A DNA stretch of 64,000 nucleotides from Basidioascus undulatus (taxonomy: Eukaryota), in the NCBI GenBank assembly GCA_000826855.1, contig JTLS01000008.1, positions 1 through 64,000 on the forward strand, written 5' to 3'. The position numbers and the translations under genes were made by a program. Shown here piece by piece: positions 26,581-42,500 of this stretch. Under the pieces are notes generated by a model. The model was not told the origin of the DNA. It did not search any database and was given only the letters and a program-made list of their open reading frames with translations. Positions within the stretch are counted from its first letter, which is position 1, and every line of letters begins with the position of its first letter.

Positions 26581-27965
26581 ATCGCGTATGGTAAAGGGAA
26601 GCAAGCGATGATGATAGTGCGTCTTTAAGTCCTCGCAGAACGGGCAAGACGGCTTTGCGTGTCGGCGTTCGGATTCTCTGCAAGCCTCGTACCCCAAGAT
26701 TGCCCCTTTCGCATCCGGGACGCGGGAAACCCACAGCTACCCATTATGTGTAACATTAAAATGTGCAATAGTCATGGAGATCATATGGTCTTCGATGACC
26801 AACGCCGTCTGATAAACTTTGGCAAGTGAGCGTGAAATACGATCTGGTCGACTCGCAGACGATCCTCTGCACGCCCTCGCTCATTGAGCGTCCTGACCAG
26901 GTCCACCAGGCTTGCACGCCCTATCAAACGCTAACACAATGTTGATCATATTACGTAGATGTGCCTCATGAGCGTGAGATGGCTCTTGGTGGTTTACCTA
27001 TTCTACACGTCTGCTTGAGAAACACCATTCCGGCTGTCGCATAAGGCATTCCGCATCAATTTGGAGCTGCAGTGCAATGTGAGTTGCCTAGGGTCTCTGA
27101 TTAATATTAAGAGATCATCTCGATCTTCCTCTCAGCATCCTTACTCAAATATTCAACACTTCGATTGCATGTTGTATACTGTACACGTCATATACCAATG
27201 CAACCATTCTACAGCCTTCCACAACCTCGGCGACTGAATCAGGTCTGTGTAATGATTCTTGTCAAAAACGCAACCTAGCATGGGTTGCGAAGGAAAAACT
27301 TTCGCTGATCATTAACCGAAGCCATGCGTGTACGTCGAGGCTCGACGATGACTGTACAGCCACCGCATCGCCTATGGAATGATCATCACAGCGCGGTAAG
27401 GTAGCTCGATCTTGAAAGTTTGCTGACTGTGAGAGTATTCCGTAAATCTGTATCTTACTTTCCTCAGCTGTTGATTCGCTCTCAGGCATCAGACCGGAAG
27501 AGGAGCGGGACACCGTCTGTAACCTTCTTCTTGCAGCCTACTAGAACCCACTCGGAGATCTTGCCATGCACGTCGACTTCATATAATTCAATGCGGTTGC
27601 CCCACAAAGATGTGCCCCTCTCCGGTGGCCCCACCGCGGGCAAGTGCCATCTCCGCACCTCAAAGTGCTATGAATAGAAAAAAATGGCTTCAAGTCGCGC
27701 TAAATTTGTGGGCCCCCTTGCTTGTTGCGGGGAGGGGGAGGTGAATGTCCAGCTGACCAGACTGTGAAATCTGAATGCAGCGTGCTCCCATCACTGTTCA
27801 GGCACAAAGGTCGCAGAGAGTTTCTGATAAAGCCTTGGCCGGGCACCAACCCGGACGAGAACAAGAGCTCTTCCCTTCCTCTCAACTTCGTTTGAGCAAC
27901 CTCCCAGAACAGCAACGCACGAGCGCACGACATCTTACCGCCTGCTCACGAACCCGTGTGGAAAT

Positions 27966-30582
27966 ATGGCGGGCTTCTTCAAAAACCTCCTCCCGCACTC
28001 CGACAAGCCGGCAGTCAAGTCGGACGGGCACACTGACAGCAACATCGCGGCACACGAGCAGAAGCGCGACCTGAACATGTGCGTCTTCTTAGTGGCGAGG
28101 TGGCTTCGAGGCCAAGCTGATGCCAAGGGGAAACACAAAACAGCATTCATCTTCTCACATGTCTGTGAGTTGGCCCCGCTGGGCCGCTGACGGTGTTCCC
28201 GCGAGGCGGTGAGTTTATGACAGCTGATGCCCCTTCGCCTCGCAGCACGCCCATACAATATGCTCTATTCTTCTCGGGTTGGTATTGTTGGATGATGGAC
28301 TCGTTGGGTTTTTCTCTCTACTGGAGCGCTCTTGGGGAAACCTACGGCCGGGACACTCATGACATGGCACCTCTTCCGCAGGTATGACTTTTTCGCCGTT
28401 TCCCTCTCCCTGGACGCTCTTGGTGAAACCTACGGCCGGGACACATATGACATGGTGCGCATCATCTCTCGCGTCTGCCTGGTTCAATTGACTGAAACTG
28501 CGATCGACAGTCGACTGCCATCACCCTCACTCTCCTGCTGCGCTCGTTGGGCGCCATCATTTTCGGACTTCTCGCCGATCGCTACGGACGGAGATGGGTA
28601 TTGTCCATCAACATGGTCATTGTCGGCGTTTTTAGCTTGGCTACGGCCTACTGCAAGACGTTCGGTGCTGTGAGCAGCCCTTCCCGAACGCACGTTGTGC
28701 CCTCAAACAGCAAGGCTGACTGATTATATTCTATCAGTTCCTGGGCGTCCGGTGTCTTTTTGGAATTGGTATGGGAGGAATTTGGGGAATGTCGGCAGCA
28801 ACCGCTCTCGAATCGGTCCGTACCTCCCTGCTCCCGGTCCCTCGCCTCGATGTATCACTGATGCTGACTGTTACTTGCAGCTTCCTGCCGAAGCACGTGG
28901 TTTGTTTTCGGGTATTCTCCAGCAAGGATATGCGTTCGGATACCTTGTACGATACTATCTACATCTAACGTTCTGCAACCGAACGTGCCACTTACAACTC
29001 TCCATGCTTTCAGATCGCTGCCGTTGTCAACCTCGCTTTCGTGCCCGACCTGCCCGAGTCCGTCAATTGGCGGGGCCTTTTCTATCTCGGTGCCGGTCTC
29101 TCGTGGGCAGCAGCTATGGTCCGTGCTGCTCTTCCCGAGAGCAAGAGCTTCATTCTTGCGAAGCAGGCGGAGAAGGAGGCGAAGGCGCGCGGCGAGGTCT
29201 CGAGTGAAAGCAAGACGTTGGTCTTCCTGCGCGAGACCAAGGCCATGTTGAAGACGCACTGGATCACTTGCATATACGGCGTGCTGCTCATGACTGGTGA
29301 GACGACTTCACCCTTTGTTGACAATGACTTCGAATTAACTGACGGGCGTAAAATCGTTACCACAGGGTTCAACTTCCTTTCTCGTTTGTCGACGCATATA
29401 AACTTCGAAGATGTAGTCTTTACACTGACGTCCAATGCAGACGGCAGCCAAGACTTGTACCCCACCTACGTACAGAAGTCGAAATGTATCGGGCGGTACG
29501 TTGTCCGGCGCTTCACCAGCAGCTAGAAGCTCTTGTCCTAACGGTTTGGCCCGCCCCTGCTCAGTGACAAAGCGCAGATTGCTACTATCATCGGCAATTG
29601 CGGAGCGATTGCCGGAGGTACATTTCTATTCTCACAAATTTCCCATCCGGAATTCTGAGCGTGCGCTATTCAATAGGGACGGTTGCCGGGTGGCTGTCGC
29701 AGAGGCTGGGTCGCCGCTGGACGATGATCCTCTTTATCTGCTCGATTGGCTGCTGGATTCCTCGTGAGCATTTTATGTTTCAGGACCTATGTTTCAAAAG
29801 CTGACCCTTAAGCGTTAGTGTGGATTTTGCCCGACAACTTCAGTGGTCTCGCTGCCGGTGCTTTTTGGGTTCAGTTTGGTGTTCAGGGAGCGTGAGTAGC
29901 AGTAACCCTCACCTTCATATATCAGCACATCTGACCTAAATCTCCCTTCAGATGGGGTATCATCCCGGTACTTTCATTAATCAAGTTCTGCCACGGGGTT
30001 ATTGAAACTAAGCGGGCTTGCCTCACTCAGATTCACCTCAACGAGCTGTCTCCGCCCGCGTATCGCTCCACCTTCCCCGGTGTGGCTTATCAATTGGGCA
30101 ACATGGTCTCGTCTGCTTCGGCTCAGATCGAAGCGACAGCTGGCCGGTCGCTGCGCACCTTCGCGTGCGGCGAGGGTAGCATCGGCTCTTCCCGCAGGCC
30201 TTGCAGCGCACGTTGGCTGACGCAGTGTGGATTCGTGTTGCAGACAGCCCCGATTATGGTAAAGTTCAAGGCATCCTCATCGGAGTTGTGGCCGTCTATA
30301 CGTAAATCGCTTTGTCTATGTAGGACTTAGTCCCTCGGACTGTCACTGAGTCTTCCCGTTCCCGTCAGCATCGTCCTCGTCGCCATCGGCAAGGAGAACC
30401 ACGGTGCGAACTTCGAGGAGGCCAAGACCGCCTTCCAGCAGGGTGGCGGCGTCGGCGAGTCGAACACTACACCGCGCCACCGGGACATCGAGGAGATTGG
30501 CGAGGGCCGCAGGAACTGCGTCGCCGACAAGCAGCAGGATGAGATGGTGGAGAATGCCGACGGGATGAAGGAGAAGGCTTGA
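27966..30582 (+). CDS. JEN1: MFS carboxylic acid transporter (JEN1 family)
   Basis: FFSGWYCWMMDSYDFF, AITLTLLLRSLGAIIFGLLADRYGRRW, GIGMGGIWG, EARGLFSGILQQGY, FNFLSHGSQDLYPTY, GVAYQLGNMVSSASAQIE. Confidence 0.92.
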
Positions 30583-30975
30583 GCTGATTTTTGGACGTGC
30601 TTGACAAGTATACCACATAGAACGATAGCTTGTATGAACGATGTTGTGAACCTGGTACTTTCAAGAGGTTACACAGGCGGGTGACAGAAATTGTTTGCAT
30701 TGAGAAGATTCTGCCCTGATTCTGGAACCAACGTGCTTGTCGTTTTTTTTGCGCGGAGCGTCGCTGTGCGCAGCTCAAGTTTCGCCTGGTAGCAGCTCAA
30801 AATTTAGAGTCAGCAAGGATATCAAGATTCCTACAGACTCAGGGCGCCTCAACGTTTCAGTACTGCTTGATAACGACCGCTTGCAAACACACTTGCAGCA
30901 AGGCACGCTTGAACGGATTTATGACGTTGGCTACCAAGACTCGCTACATTCCAGTCATAAAACATTCGAAATACT

Positions 30976-33548
30976 TCAATACTGGTCATGCTCATCAAGC
31001 TCCCGCGGGTCGACGTCCTCGACGTCCTCACCGTTGAGCCACGCGTCAAGCTCAGTCCTCACATCCGGAGCGTGATCAACGAGTGCGAAGAGCGAGTCGT
31101 GATCCTTCTTCTTCGGCTTCAAAAGGTGGTGAATGACCTTTACGCAAGAAGGTCGTCAGCTGCTTCCGCAAGGTGCAAGATCCCCGAAGGGGCATCTAAG
31201 ATGTACATGCACAGCGCCGTTTCCAGTAGGGACGTCGTTCGGGATAGCCGGCACGCCCTCGACGATAACTTTGCGTCGGCCATATTCAAACGTGAAGACA
31301 TCGACGTGCACGGGCGCATCCTCGCCAAGAAGCGTGGCAAACTCATACGTCTCGTTCAGCAGGGGCGGGTGGTGGTGGTGCCAGTCTGAGGGGTTATTTC
31401 TGATTAGAGCGCGTGTGGCAAAATAAAAATAAAATTAAGAGTCGCGCCGATCGTACCGTCGTGCTTGTGGTCGTGGTGCGGAGGGTGAGGGTGCTCTGCA
31501 GCTGAAGACACGGCCGCTCAACCATGCCTTCGCCGTGCAGGTGAACATGTTGTGCTCACCACCTTGCTCAGGCTTCCGGCCGGGGCGTCCGGGCGAGTAA
31601 CGGTCACCTGCACCGCAATACCGAGTGCGTTAACACGCACACAGGGACTTGAAAGCAAAGGAAAGGCCGTACCACCTCGGTCGGGGGCGGCCGGCCAGTG
31701 CGGGTGCACTGCAACACAGACCATGTCGAATACGTTAGAACCCAGGAAAACACGTCACTATGAACTGGCGTACGGTAAGGCAGCGCGAAGTCCACTGGGT
31801 CGAGGTCCTTCAGCATCTGCATCCAGGCCTCAAGTCCCGCTTGATCGTCGTCGCCGTCGTCCTCCTTGTCGATGAAGTCGGAGTGGAACAAGGTCTTGGG
31901 AAGGATGTGGTATGAAAGGATCTTCTTGAGGAGCTCGGCGCCGTGCGGGGAGAAAAGATAGCGCTTGAGAAGAGGCCTGAAAGGGAGGAGCACGTCCGTG
32001 AGGCCCGAAGGGACGGCTCGGGACTGGCTCCGGGTTCTCAAGACGAGCACGTACGGGATAAACTCGAATGCCCAATTCGACGGCGCAAACAGAGCTGTAA
32101 TCCATGTTGAACTTCAGAACCGCTGCCGGGCAAGACGGGGCCACGGACACTGTGCCCACCCACGATGACTCACTCGTGTTGTGATCATGCGACTTTAGCG
32201 GCTCGACGAGCTCGACTTTCTGAAGCGCTGAGGTAAGGGTCGAGAAGTACTCTGATGTCGAAAGGCTCATGAGATGCGCGAAAGCGGAAGACCACAGACA
32301 GTCAAAGACATGCCTGGGTAGTCGAACAAGCCTGCGAGTGTGCGTGCAAGTCAGCGGCTCACCCAATTAAAAAATATTTTTGGCATCGAAACAAAGCAAA
32401 GATGAATCGGACTTACCCGTAAAAATGTCGGGCGCAGCCAGAACGGGTTTCGTCACGACGTGAAGGACGCCTGGTCGCTTCCTACCCAAATCAGTCATCA
32501 ACCCCTTCGGTGTCGGTGCCAGGCGTCACGCGCACCATTCTTCGCCTTGACGTCCTTCGCGATGACCTTGCTGTAAAGGTTGAGGACAAGGGTCCAGCCG
32601 TGCCAGTAGTTGTGTGTCGTGCCGATGCGGACGCGCCAGCCAGGCAGCCCCGTCGGCACGGTGACGTGCTTGACGAGCGCGGACGAGTTGGCGGCGGAGG
32701 GTAAGGTGTGGTACAGGAGGATCTTGTGCAGAAGCTCCTTCTTCTTGTCGTCATCATCGTCATCGTCGTCGAATGCAGCGAACGGATCTGTGGGGCGAGT
32801 TGACAAGATTGAGACGGAGCCGAGAGAGACTGCAAGGGGTGAAAGGGGCGCACCGTTCGACGGCTCGGCTGTATACCCGTGCCCGCCGTGATCATAGCTG
32901 CGTCGGCCCGGAGGGCTCCAGTGCGGGTCCTTGGGCGCGAAGAGCGTGATCTTCTTGTCGGTGGAGTTGAGGAGCTTCACGATTTCCTCGTCCTTCTTCG
33001 CGAACTCGAGGAACTTGGTGAAGAACTTCTTGGCCTGGTCGTATGACCGAGTCAGCAGAGGTGAAAGTGGAATGTCATGTATTTCAGTAAAGGACCTTCG
33101 TCTCGGTCAGAATCTGCCAAATCGTGAGGTCAGACACGTCCGGCCGGTCGCCGTGCTGCAGACGACAGAAACAGAGTTGAGCACTATGCAGATTCCTGAC
33201 GCAATAGATCTAACGAACGTGATGTAGAATGGCCTCGAGCTCATCCTCGAAGTCGTCGTCCATAGGCTGCGATGGTGTCCACCCGTAATCAGCGTCCCGC
33301 TGCGCCCAACAAGCGTCACAGCCGAGTTTCACAAAGCGCACCTTGTCGAAGTCTACCTCCGGAGCGTGTTGGCCGAGCTCAACATCAATGTAGCTCACAG
33401 CGCCGTGCTGGTCAAGGACGCGCTGGCCTCCGTCGTTCTGGATCACAACCCCGCCACGGGGCGCGGCGACGATAGCAGGCGCGGCTACCACAGAGGTGAG
33501 CGCGCCGGAGAGTGCGAGGAGCGAGAGAGTAGGAGTAAGGCCGCGCAT
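30976..33548 (-). CDS. Secreted fasciclin (FAS1) domain protein with two FAS1 domains
   Basis: Signal peptide MRGLTPTLSLLALSGALTSVVA; ITLFAP...KILLYHTLP...KAKNG/VLHVV; second domain FAPSNWAF...KILSYHILP. Confidence 0.85.
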
Positions 33549-34283
33549 GGCAGCAGTGGGATTGAGGTAGTCGTGAGCAGGGGATGGGACTGGCGGAAGC
33601 GATGCAATGCAGGGTGCGAAAGCGGGATCGAGAGACGACGGAGGGTGAGATCAGTCGTCTTTTGACTCAGGGACCGTGCCTCGGATTCGCTCGAGATTCT
33701 CTCTGAAGGACAAGGAAACAGCGTCGTTTATTAAATGATGAGCAGTAAGACATGCGCAGTGAGCGCAGCAGGAGAATGTGCGAGAGTCGTCCAGATGCGA
33801 TCCGGCCGGCTTCTGACGCCATTTCGGGCTCACAGATCAGAGTTCGCAGGCGTTGCCTGGTCAGCTGGAGGTCATCTGCATTCATCCGAGTCGTGCAGAC
33901 ACGGCCGTCGGACGAAGTGAAGGACGAGGAGCTTAAGGAGAGTAGACGAGAACATCTTGATGGTCGAACGAACACAACCACACGGGTCGGATGCCGTGCA
34001 TGAGCAGTCGCCCTCATCGACTGCCAGTGTAGTGCCCAACGATAGCTGAGCGCGCTGTTTTATTGATGAATTCACTGACCTCTCACAGCTTAGCTTGCGG
34101 TTATTATGGGTTGCAGGGAAAAGACGTCGGCAGTTGCAGGACTGCTACCATGCCTGACAAAGAAATAACCCGCTCAAGGCTACCTTGCATGAACGCAACC
34201 AGCCGAGCAAAAGAAGACAGAGATCAAGAAAACTAAAACTGTCCCCCTGCACCTACAACACAACTACTATACTCTTCTGGCGC

Positions 34284-36332
<2,049 letters not shown>

Positions 36333-36795
36333 TGTGGTAGAGTGTGTGGATTGGGGGTTGAGAGTGAGAGTGTGTGCGGGCGGGGAAGGGGAGAAGCCTT
36401 GAGACTCTGCGAACAAGGGTGCAGCGAACCAGACTGGGATGGATGGGGAGAGCAAGAAGGGGAAGGGGGGAGCGCTGGCAAAAGGGCGGGGGGGCGCGCT
36501 CAGGCCCGGCAGGTCGCGCGCCGCTTGTCGGAGTTTGAATTCCATACGCGTCTTGTCAATCGCACTTTCTTACAAGCACCACCACGACACGATTCATCTT
36601 GAAAGTGCAAGCTGGCCTCCAAAAAGTAAGGTCATTATAGAGCGGACAAAGCAAAGAAACAGTCTTCGGGCTCAGTATCCAGAACGTCAGGAAAGCGGGC
36701 CGCCGCCATCCCCGCGTTCTGTACACGACTGTACTTCGCAAACGCGTTCATGCTGCGCGTCGATGTCAAGAAAGCTCCCTCACAAATTCCCCTAC

Positions 36796-38152
36796 TTAAT
36801 CAAGACCCTCAGTCCCAATCCTCCTCGGGGGCGCAGCCGGTCTCTGCGTGCCCCCGCCCGGCGCCCCACCACCAAACAGCGACGACATGAGGTCGAACAT
36901 GTTCCCTCCCTGGCCGCGGGGCCTGATATCAAAGTAGATCGCGCCGATTTCTGCCGTAGCCTGTCCAACACCACCCGATCAGCATCAGCAGCCCCATGGA
37001 AAGCGAAAGAACGCCGCCGCACCTCCCGCACGCTCGGCAGCCTCGCCACAGCGCTCTCCTGCTCGTAATGCCGCACAAGCGCGGTCCAGTCCTCCTGGCT
37101 TCGCGGGCCGCCCGAGCGCTGGACGGTCTTGAGACCCAGCTGCGCAAAGTTGAGGCACGGCGAGGTGGTGAGCTGGACAACGTCTTCTTCGTCTGCGTTC
37201 ACGGGGGAGAGCGGGATGGTGATTGGCGTGGCGAGGAGGGCGGGGAACGCGGTCGTGATGTGCGTGAAGAAGGAGCGCAGAAAGACGGAGGCGCAGAGGA
37301 GGTTTTGGGAGAGGAGGTAGCTTTGGGATGGGAGGGGATGAGCAATGGGGAAGGCGCGGGAAGAATGGGAAGGGGAAGACGCACCTCCACACACCCCGAA
37401 GCCCATAGCGCCCGATGTCCTGCTCTTCCTGCTCGGGCGCTTTCGCCCACTCCCAGAAGACCTCTCCGAGAAGACGCGCGGACTCCCGCTTGCCAGCGGA
37501 CAGCAGGTAAGGCTCGGCGAGGTCGAAGGATTTCTCTGCTCAGACGCTTGCGTCAGACGTGCTGGCTGGGGGAGCCAGCTGTTAGACCTACCGCGCGTGT
37601 ACAGCTCGCCGATGTAATGCAGGATGTCGGGGTCGCCGGAGGGGATGAGAGAGGCTTTGGCGGACCAGCTTTTGAAGAAGGTGTCAGATCGGCGTAGCGC
37701 TTGAACGACCGCAGGAAGAAACGCACGAGATCGCAGCGTCCACGAGCCTCTTCCTCCAAGCACCCTCAGGTGTCGTCAACCCAATGAGCTGGTTCACCCT
37801 AGCTACCATCTCGCACCTTCAATCAGTTCCATCCATCCGGTACTCTCAACTGCGCGCACAAGCACTTACTTCTCTCCTCCGGCTCCACGCCCGCGCCCTC
37901 GCCCTTCGCGCCCAGCGCCTCGACCAGCAGGCACCCGAGGTCCGCGCCACTGCCCCACTCCTCCTTCTCCAACATCGCCTTGGCGCTCTCGAAGAGGACC
38001 TCTACAGCGGCCTCGCGGCCGGCGTCGCCCTGCTTGAGGAGGCGCGCGGCGGTCGTGCGCGCGCGCTGGTGGGCTGAGTAGAGGTCCCCGGAGGCGACGA
38101 GGGAGCGGATAGGCTTGAGCGCCTTGTCTGCGGATGCTGGCTGAGGGGGCAT
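36796..38152 (-). CDS. GET4: Golgi-to-ER traffic protein 4
   Basis: GDLYSAHQRARTTAAR, GSGADLGCLL, GDPDILHYIG, C-terminus EIGAIYFDIRPRGQGGNMFDLMSSLFGG. Confidence 0.88.
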
Positions 38153-38397
38153 CGTGAGGAAACTGCTGGGATGGTGTAGTGGTGAAAGGTGAAGCTGGAA
38201 GTGACGCCAGCGGACCTGCAACGTCCAAGTCCCCAAACGGCGGCCAAGTCCCAAAACCTAACCAGCCATCTTGAATTTCTCCTGGACCTCTCCCTTCGCC
38301 TTCCTCCTTCATTCCCTTTACCCAACTCGCAGTCTCTTTATCTACTCCCTTCCTCCACCTTTTCTCCACCCACACTCTCCCCTCTTCAGCCCCCGCC

Positions 38398-39356
38398 ATG
38401 GCCAAGGACGAGACGAAAAAGTCCAAGAAGCGCAAGTCCGAGATCGTCGCTGCCGAGGCCGAGGCCGCCTCCGCCGCGCCTGCATCGGATGCGATGGACG
38501 TCGACGCTGCCGCTGCCGCCGAATCGCCCAAGAAGAAGAGCAAGTCCAAGGGCGACGCGGACGAGAAGACGTACGACGTCCACCCGGACGCGATCAGCCC
38601 TATTGCCCACCCCCTCGCGGGCAAGAAGCTCAACAAGAAGGTCGCGAAGGCCGTCAAGAAGGGTGAGTTGAGCGGCTTCGAAGAAGAGCTGTGGGGTGGT
38701 GTGGTCTGGTGGCTGGGGCTCTGGATCTATGGTGCTGCAGTTTGCAGCTGCTGGAGGGAGCTGGACCGGGACAGCGGTGCTCGTGTCCATGCTTTTCCCC
38801 TTTGCACTCTTCATCCCCGATTTCCCGCTGACGCTCTCTCTTCCCGCAGCTTCCAAGACCCGCAACCTTAAGCGTGGTGTGAAGGAGGTGGTCAAGGCGT
38901 TGCGCAAGAACGAGAAGGGGTGCGTCTTCTTCCCCGCCCCTTTCTGCCCCCCTCCCGCGCTAACCGCCTCCCCTTCCCTTCCTCCCCGCAGCGTGGTGAT
39001 CATGGCAGCGAACATCTCCCCGCCGGACATCCTGACGCACATCCCGCTGCTGTGCGAGGAGGCGCACGTGCCGTACGTGTGGGTGCCGTCGAAGGAGGAG
39101 CTCGGCGCCGCGGGCGGGACGAAGCGGCCGACGAGCTGCGTCATGGTCGTCCCCGGCGGGGGGAAGAAGAAGAAGGGCACGGAGAAGGATGAGGGCGACA
39201 AGGAGAAGGAGGAGGAGTGGAAGACCATCTATGAGGAGGTCGAGGGGGAGGTCAAGGACCTGGTACGTCATCGGTCGGCGTCTTCCTTCACCTCACTTGC
39301 TGCAACTTGCGCTGACGTTGTGCGCTGCGACGCAGGACGACAAGGTCGTGTTCTAG
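38398..39356 (+). CDS. NHP2: H/ACA snoRNP subunit 2 (L7Ae family)
   Basis: ISPIAHPLAGKKL, LKRGVKEVVKALRKNEKG, AANISPPDILTHIPLLCEE, KEELGAAGGTKRPTSCVMV. Divergent from GET4 across about 245 bp. Confidence 0.93.
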
Positions 39357-39989
39357 TGGTCTCTTCTGGGGTTCTCGTTTCTTTTCAGCATTTGTCCCGG
39401 CATTGTACTTTTCAGTTCTATTTGCTTTCACTCGCTTCTTGCACACCTCACTCGCCGCTCCCGGCACCCGCTCAACTGCTCTGTCTTGGCCCGTTACAGT
39501 CTCAAGCTTCCATGGCTGGAGGATGCATGTTGTTCCGGGGAGTTTCTGCTTGCGCGTCGTACCGAGAGCTTCGCGCGGGTGCTCCGCCGTTCCCCAGTGC
39601 TTGAAGCTAACGTGTATTGACCCAGCGGTAATTCAGTGCCGGATGCGAAATGTTACCGCCCACATACGGTTTATCGACCCAATACCGTCTACCATGGGCT
39701 CGCCTTGAATTGACCTCGAGTGCTGCAGTTGGCTGTCGCTCGTCGGGAGCCCGTGCGCGGCTGTTCGCCATTCTGAAAATTTTCTTCCTACGCGCCCTTG
39801 ACCCTGAACGAGCACAAATTTGACATTCCACTTGCGCATGCAAAACCGGGCCTGTTTGGAGGTGTACCAAGATACAGTGTCAGACACTCCGAGCAGTGCT
39901 GTGACGCCCATAACACTGCAATACAGAGTGCGGTCCTTCTCATTCCTTAGCCCCGCGCTTTCCCAAAAAGTGACACCCACGACCCCTCC

Positions 39990-40800
39990 GTCCCGGTGGA
40001 CACCTTCGTGTGGCTCGAGTTCGCCGTGCTGCTCCGACTGAGGCCCTTGCTGGCCTCTTGCCCCTCTTCGGCGTCAGTGGCGGGTCCCGCATCCGCTTGC
40101 CCACGCGCCGAATGGACCGCGTGCGTATGCTCTTGGCATATCTCGAGGATATATCGACCAAGACCAGATGAGCAGCACCCAGGCGGGAACCCAAACTACG
40201 AAGGTGCTGAGGAGGACTAGGAAGACTGTTCTTCTCGGAGGGTCAGTACTTCGGCTGCGCGGTGGAAGAAGGGACAAGGAAAGGCCCATTACCGATATCC
40301 CCAGGTGATGTAGGCTTCACGAACACGTCCTCGATTACATCGCGGCACAGGTACATGTTGTGGAGCACGCCGCCCAGGTGAGATCTGCAGTCACCGTCAG
40401 CCAAACTTTGCACCTTTGAGGAAACCCGTGAAGAAGGAAAGGTGGGCTCAACAGGTCCTAGCATTTGAGTCCTTCGATCTTCTCTGTTGATCCACTGGTC
40501 ATGCCTACGCTGTTCATACGGGCCCGTACCTCAACGCGAAAGGTAAGTCACGCACATGACTGCGCTGGTGAATATTGTCAGCGTGAATACCAGATAAAAG
40601 GCTACGGTTCTGAGTGTATGTATGGTTGACTCGAATGCGGCGATGGAAGATGCAGACGATCGTTCCCAAGTCTCCGGCCAGCTGGAAGACGGTGCGTGTG
40701 CGGATTCAGACGACGGAGGGAGTACTCCTCACATAAATTTCCGAAAAAGTTCCGCCACCCGCACTGGGGATAAGGACATGGCTGACTTCGTTTTTGATCG
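39990..40800 (-). pseudogene. Unknown membrane-protein family, copy B
   Basis: WRNFFGNL...RRLNP, IEGLKC*DLLS (TAG where other copies have GAG), LHNMYLCRDVIEDV, TM TVFLVLLSTFVVWVPAWVLLIW. Confidence 0.5.
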
Positions 40801-41289
40801 AAAGCTCTGACAGGCTGAAGGTCGCCAGAGGCCAACTTTCTACTGTCTGCGCCCAGATTTGAGATGTTCGTAACCTACCTCGGCTTGTGAAAATAAGATT
40901 TGCTTTACCGAGATCAGTCAGCACCCTCACTTCAATTCAATGCCACGGAAGAAAAGGCCGCGGTCCGGCCGGCAGTCGTTGCAGCCGAGCAGAACGGTGC
41001 ATCTTGCCTTGCGGACGCTTAATGTTGCCCGATCGTTCATGATTCAAAATCTCTACTCAATGTGTCAGACTCCAGTCTACTTGAAACTGGCAATTTGTCG
41101 CGTGTCTGAATCCAGATGTGGTGCAGTCTGGGACGGCGTCTTTGGAGGAGCCGAGGGTCGCTGTACGCTGGACCTTGAATTGATGGCTCTTCGAAAATAC
41201 ATCGTTACAAACCACCCCTCATACTCACGACGTACGCCTACAAGCCCTGCTCTGAGCCTACGGCTTGGCTGGTACCGCTTTGTCGTCCC

Positions 41290-42500
41290 CTGTGGTTTCT
41301 CTGGCCTCGTCCACCCCTGCTAGCACCGTGTCCGGCTGTTGGACCCCTATAATAATGCACAGTAAAGTCACAGAGACCAAAAATGCGGCTGGGCCGAGGA
41401 CTACCGTCAGCGTTACGACTGCGCCCACAGAGTCAGTAGCTGTCGCCCTCGAACCGTACATGGGCAGTGGGCATTCCCAGACCGGATGACATGACTTACT
41501 CTGGCTTTGCTCCAATTCGGGGCTGGCTTAATCTCCCGTTCACGATGGCAGAGATAAAGATGGCCCGTGACGTTCGGGTTCATGCTTATCATTGAGAGAC
41601 GATCAGTGATGAATGCGGCATTGGCCACCGGACAGTGTGTATGTTTGAGATATGCTATAATGAAAAACCACTCAACAGGTCCGCATGACATGTCGCCGAA
41701 GCGTAGAGGCAATGCACGGAGCATTGGTGGCCGGAATTTGTGATCAGGTCCACAACGCCCAAACCAGATGGGATTGCCGCGATCGAGGGCCAATGATCAT
41801 ACAACTGATATGCACCACTAACATCGATAGACCAGTCACCAGCGAGAGTAAGAGCGCGTTGGGGCGCATTGCGTACTGTGACGGTCTGCGGACTGAGAAG
41901 GGCGGAGAGGATCCAACACACCAAGAAGACGACAGCTTCCGCTCGGAACTGCGCAGTGTAAGGGCTGATGGGGAACCCAGAGGAAGTCTTCATTCGGCTT
42001 CGGCTGTAAAGGGTCCGTCCTTCGAAAGGCGTTGCTTGTGTCTGAATCCATAAGGTTGACGAGCTTGGCATGTTCACAGCGGAACCATGTCGAGGGGGTG
42101 GGTGTGCCATGCCCACAACTGCACAATCATATCGATTGCTCCACGCCACATTGCCTCCAAAGGTTTGCATCCAATAAGCGTCACATGGTGGATAAAGAGC
42201 TGAGATGGGCAAGAAGGGAGTGCGAGGGAGTGCGGAAGGGAGAACAGTCCAAAGAGCAGAGGCAAGAGACAAGGGAGGAGCGAGAGAGCAGGGGATGGAC
42301 ATAGGGAAGTAGGGATGGGAGGAAGGAGGGAGACCCATGCCCAGGGTAGGAGTAACCGTCGGGTTTGCAGCGGGAGAGGGGCAGATGTAGGAGGGGATGG
42401 GGGCGGGACAGGACGGAACAGGAAGGGACTCACACACAGCGGTTTGAGAAGGAATCAAACAGACAGCAAGTGAATGCAGAGCGGTGTAACCAGGGTGCGA
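41290..42500 (-). pseudogene. Unknown membrane-protein family, copy D
   Basis: TM AVVFLVCWILSALL, RFGDMSC/DLLS (frameshift), GHLYLCHREREIKPAPNWSK, TM VVTLTVVLGPAAFLVSVTLLCIII. Confidence 0.5.
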
